From: Squalus acanthias
Taxonomy: Eukaryota
Direction: 5' to 3'
DNA length: 64,000 nucleotides
Assembly: GCA_030390025.1 (NCBI GenBank)
Contig: CM059432.1
Span: forward strand, 115,446,001-115,510,000
In this document: positions 61,139-64,000 of the stretch, piece after piece
Layout of the letters: the number at the start of each line of letters is the position of its first letter
Position numbering within the stretch: position 1 is the first letter of the stretch
Translations under genes and position numbers: made by a program
Notes under the pieces: model-generated
Told to the model about the DNA's origin: nothing
The model's input: only the letters and a program-made list of their open reading frames with translations
Database searches by the model: none

Positions 61139-61612
61139 TGTCTAATGTACATTAAAAAAATCCAGGTTATAGATATACAACTTTTTTTTTAAACAATCAT
61201 GTCATTTTTAGAATGTAAACAAACGTCTTCAAATTATATTGACTCTATACTTCCATATTTTCACTATTAATGCGTGGGATTAGCATTTGAAGAGTTTAAT
61301 GAACACTGAGGCTTTAAGAACATAAAGCGTATCTCAGTTACTAGATAGCCAACATAATTTTAGTTCCACGCAGTGCATTGCTATGATGAATTATTTCCAG
61401 AAAAGTTACTATGTCCATGAAAGCACGTTTAAACATAAAATTCTTAATGAAATTATATTTCAAATGTTTATCTTAATCAGTTTCATGAAAAAATATTTTA
61501 AAACTTAGGCAACATTATTTGGATTTTTGTAACTCCATCTAATTTTGCCAAAGTTCAGTTCTGAAATATTGCCCAATAATTAAGATACTCTGTCCTCACA
61601 CAGACAGAATAA

Positions 61613-61700
61613 CTATTTCACCACAGCCACAACATGCTTCTTCTTCTCGGAGACAAATGGCATGGATCCTGGTTTGCTGTGCTTGCGACGATTCAGTTCC
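61613..61700 (-). CDS. DCAF13: DDB1- and CUL4-associated factor 13 (SOF1 homolog), last coding exon
   Basis: Acceptor TTTTTCTTTCAG|G, then ELNRRKHSKPGSMPFVSEKKKHVVAVVK*, matching the recalled DCAF13 C-terminus (..NRIKHSKPGSVP.VSEKKKHVVAVVK). Too short for the ORF track; same strand and upstream of RIMS2. Confidence 0.93.
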
Positions 61701-62214
61701 CTGAAAGAAAAATTAATTTGTAATGAGGTACGCTTACTTGGTTAAATACTTATTTAAACATGAACATATTTTCATGTCTACTGCTAATTGTGGCATCTTC
61801 TCTTTAAAAGCCAAAAATCATACACACAAGCCTCATTAGCCGACTCAATTTGTCAGCTAAAACAAAAAAGATATTAAGTTGTCTCAAAATTGACTAAAAT
61901 GCCTTTTACAACAAAGAAATCTCAGAAGAGACAGGTTTACAGAAAGGGGGTGCGGGGGGGGGGGGGGGGGAAGGTGCCTTTCCAGACATTTATTACAAGC
62001 CCACAGCAATCCTCTTCTCACCTCTCTTCCTGTAAACACTATCTATCCCTTTCTCCCAAAGTCTCTATCTCCATTCTATTTGCTTTGCTGACTCTACTTT
62101 CTGTACTAAAGCTTCTGAAATGTCCTTTTTCCTGTGACGGGGCCTGTGACCATGTGTGCACCATTTTCCCTGCCTTGGCTCTCATACTCTCTCCCTTCTC
62201 ACACATGCCACCTA

Positions 62215-62648
62215 TAGAAACATAGAATCTAGGAGCAGGAGTAGGCCATTCGGCCCGTCGAGCCTGCTCCACCATTCAATACGATCATGGCTGATCATCC
62301 AAATCCAGTACCCTGTCCCTGCTTTAATCCCCACAGTACACACATCCCACCCTACCCCCGTAACCCCACGTATTTAATTCCCCCTAACATATCCCATCCT
62401 ATCCCCATAACCCCACATATTTAATCCCCCCCTAACACTAAGGGTCAATTTTTTTTTTATCATAGCCAAATCAACCTAACCCGCACATTTTTGGACTGTG
62501 GGAGGAAACCGGAGCACCCGGAGGAAACCCACGCAGACACGGGGAGAATGTGCAAACTCCACACAGACAGTCACCCAAGGTCAGATTCGAACCCGGGTCC
62601 CTGGCGCTGTGAGGCACCAGTGCTAACCACTATGCCACCGTGTTGCCC
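62215..62648 (-). mobile_element. HE1-type V-SINE with CR1/HER1-derived tail
   Basis: tRNA head (GGGCAACACGGTGGCATAGTGGTTAG; GGTTCGAATC); V-domain TGTGTGGAGTTTGCACATTCTCCCCGTGTCTGCGTGGGTTTCCTCCGGGTGCTCCGG; internal tandem duplication; tail shared with the CR1 3' UTRs at 22790-22860 and 63450-63520. Confidence 0.88.
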
Positions 62649-63049
62649 TCTATACATTCTTTTCTTCCCAAACTAGGGTTGCCAAATCTGGTTGGATGTA
62701 TTTGTTGAGGTTTCATCACATGACTTCCACCCCCCAACCTGCCCGCCCAAATAGCCTTTCTTCCCCATCGCCAATATTTTTATAAATAAAACAAACAAAA
62801 AGTGTTCACAGAAAATGAAAAAAAGCGATTTCTGGACTTCCCTGTTGTTTGCCATTTCAGTATACCTTATTTTTCTATCTACTGGTACCAGATTGACCAT
62901 TTGAGTTGGGAGCTGAAACCTAGGTTTCAAGAGGTTTTTGCAACTGGTTGAAAGCTGATAAAATAAAGACTAATATGGTCACATCAAACATGGAAGGGGT
63001 TCTGCTGAATTAATATATTTGTGGGAGATGAAAGAAACTTGTAGCATTT

Positions 63050-63530
63050 GAGGTTCACAAGATTGATCCCTGGGATGAGAGGATTGTCCTATGAGGGCAG
63101 ATTGAGTAGACTAGGCCTATATGCTCTGGAGTTTAGATGAGAGGTGATCTCATTGAAACGCAAGATTCTGAGGGAGATTGACAGGATAGATGCTGAGAGG
63201 TTGTTTCTCCTGGCTGGAGAGTCTAGAACTAGGGGGGCATAGTCTCAGGGTAAAGGGTCAGCCATTTAAGACTGAGATGAGGAGGAATTTCTTCACTCAG
63301 AGGGTTGTAAATCTTTGGAATTCTCTACCCCAAAGGGCTGTGGACGCTGAATCGTTGAGTATGTTCAAGGCTGAGATAGATAGATTTTTGGACTCTAGGG
63401 GAATCAAGGGATATGGAGATCGGGCGGGAAAGTGGAGTTGAGGTTGATGATCAGCCATGATCTTATTGAATGGCGGAGCAGGCTTGAGGGGCCGTATGGC
63501 CTACTCCTGCTCTTACTTCTTAAGTTCTTA
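63050..63530 (+). mobile_element. CR1/HER1-type 3' fragment
   Basis: ORF 63190-63441 (FFTQRVVNLWNSLP) and 3' UTR. Confidence 0.9.
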
Positions 63531-63609
63531 TCACCTCTTAACCTTAACTGCAAGCTCTTTCATCTCAAAAGCTGGCCATGCCTTTTCACGGCTCAGATTT
63601 GTCCTGTGA

Positions 63610-63800
63610 TTTGCTGAGCCATACAGACCAGGCATATTCCATGTTTAAAGCCCAGTCTGTGCTGAGTTAGCCAAACTCAGTCAGGGCAGTGGTTGGAGCA
63701 TTACTGTTGGCCTCAGTGCCATTGGGCCAGAAAAGAGAACAGTAGCTAGGAATCCCTCTTCTGATGGCTATCCAGCACCCGGAACTGTACCCAGTGAGGA
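63610..63800 (+). mobile_element. Old SINE-like repeat (same family as 4080-4372)
   Basis: CTGAGCCATACAGACCAGG...GTCTGTGCTGAGTTAGC. Confidence 0.45.
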
Positions 63801-64000
63801 GTACATACCTTCTGGAAAGACGACAAGGGGAGAAAAATGGGAGAGAAAAGAAGTGTTCCACTCTTGTCCCCAGTCACAATATGTAAACATAATGGACAAT
63901 TCAATCCATGAAACGTAAGCAAAACAAAGCTTGTACTTCATATAATAAAAAAATGGCTTGGGATTATGCATGAAGGATCAAGCATAATCTTTGGTTCAGG

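Overview
Vertebrate genomic DNA, almost certainly a cartilaginous fish (shark), judged from HE1/V-SINE, SacSINE1-type DeuSINEs and abundant CR1/HER1-type LINEs. Only two host coding exons are present, both on the minus strand. They are the last coding exon of DCAF13 (61613-61700) and, about 53 kb downstream, the first coding exon of RIMS2 (8077-8324) in a CpG island. That exon is flanked by a canonical RE1/REST site and a perfect-half-site non-canonical RE1. The rest is intergenic/intronic and packed with mostly nested transposons. These include many CR1 and L2 fragments, SINEs, three solo-LTR-like inserts and PIF/Harbinger elements: one decayed two-gene element (spliced Myb/SANT gene plus convergent DDE transposase), deletion derivatives, and MITEs with 3-bp TSDs, one of them full of long hairpins. 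A young Penelope-like (GIY-YIG) family carries minimal, dimer-type hammerhead ribozymes, and one insertion forms a 686-bp-arm palindrome with a 12-bp TSD. All family names come from recalled motifs, not database searches. No CRISPR, rRNA or genuine tRNA genes were seen, and I found no clearly new host-encoded system.
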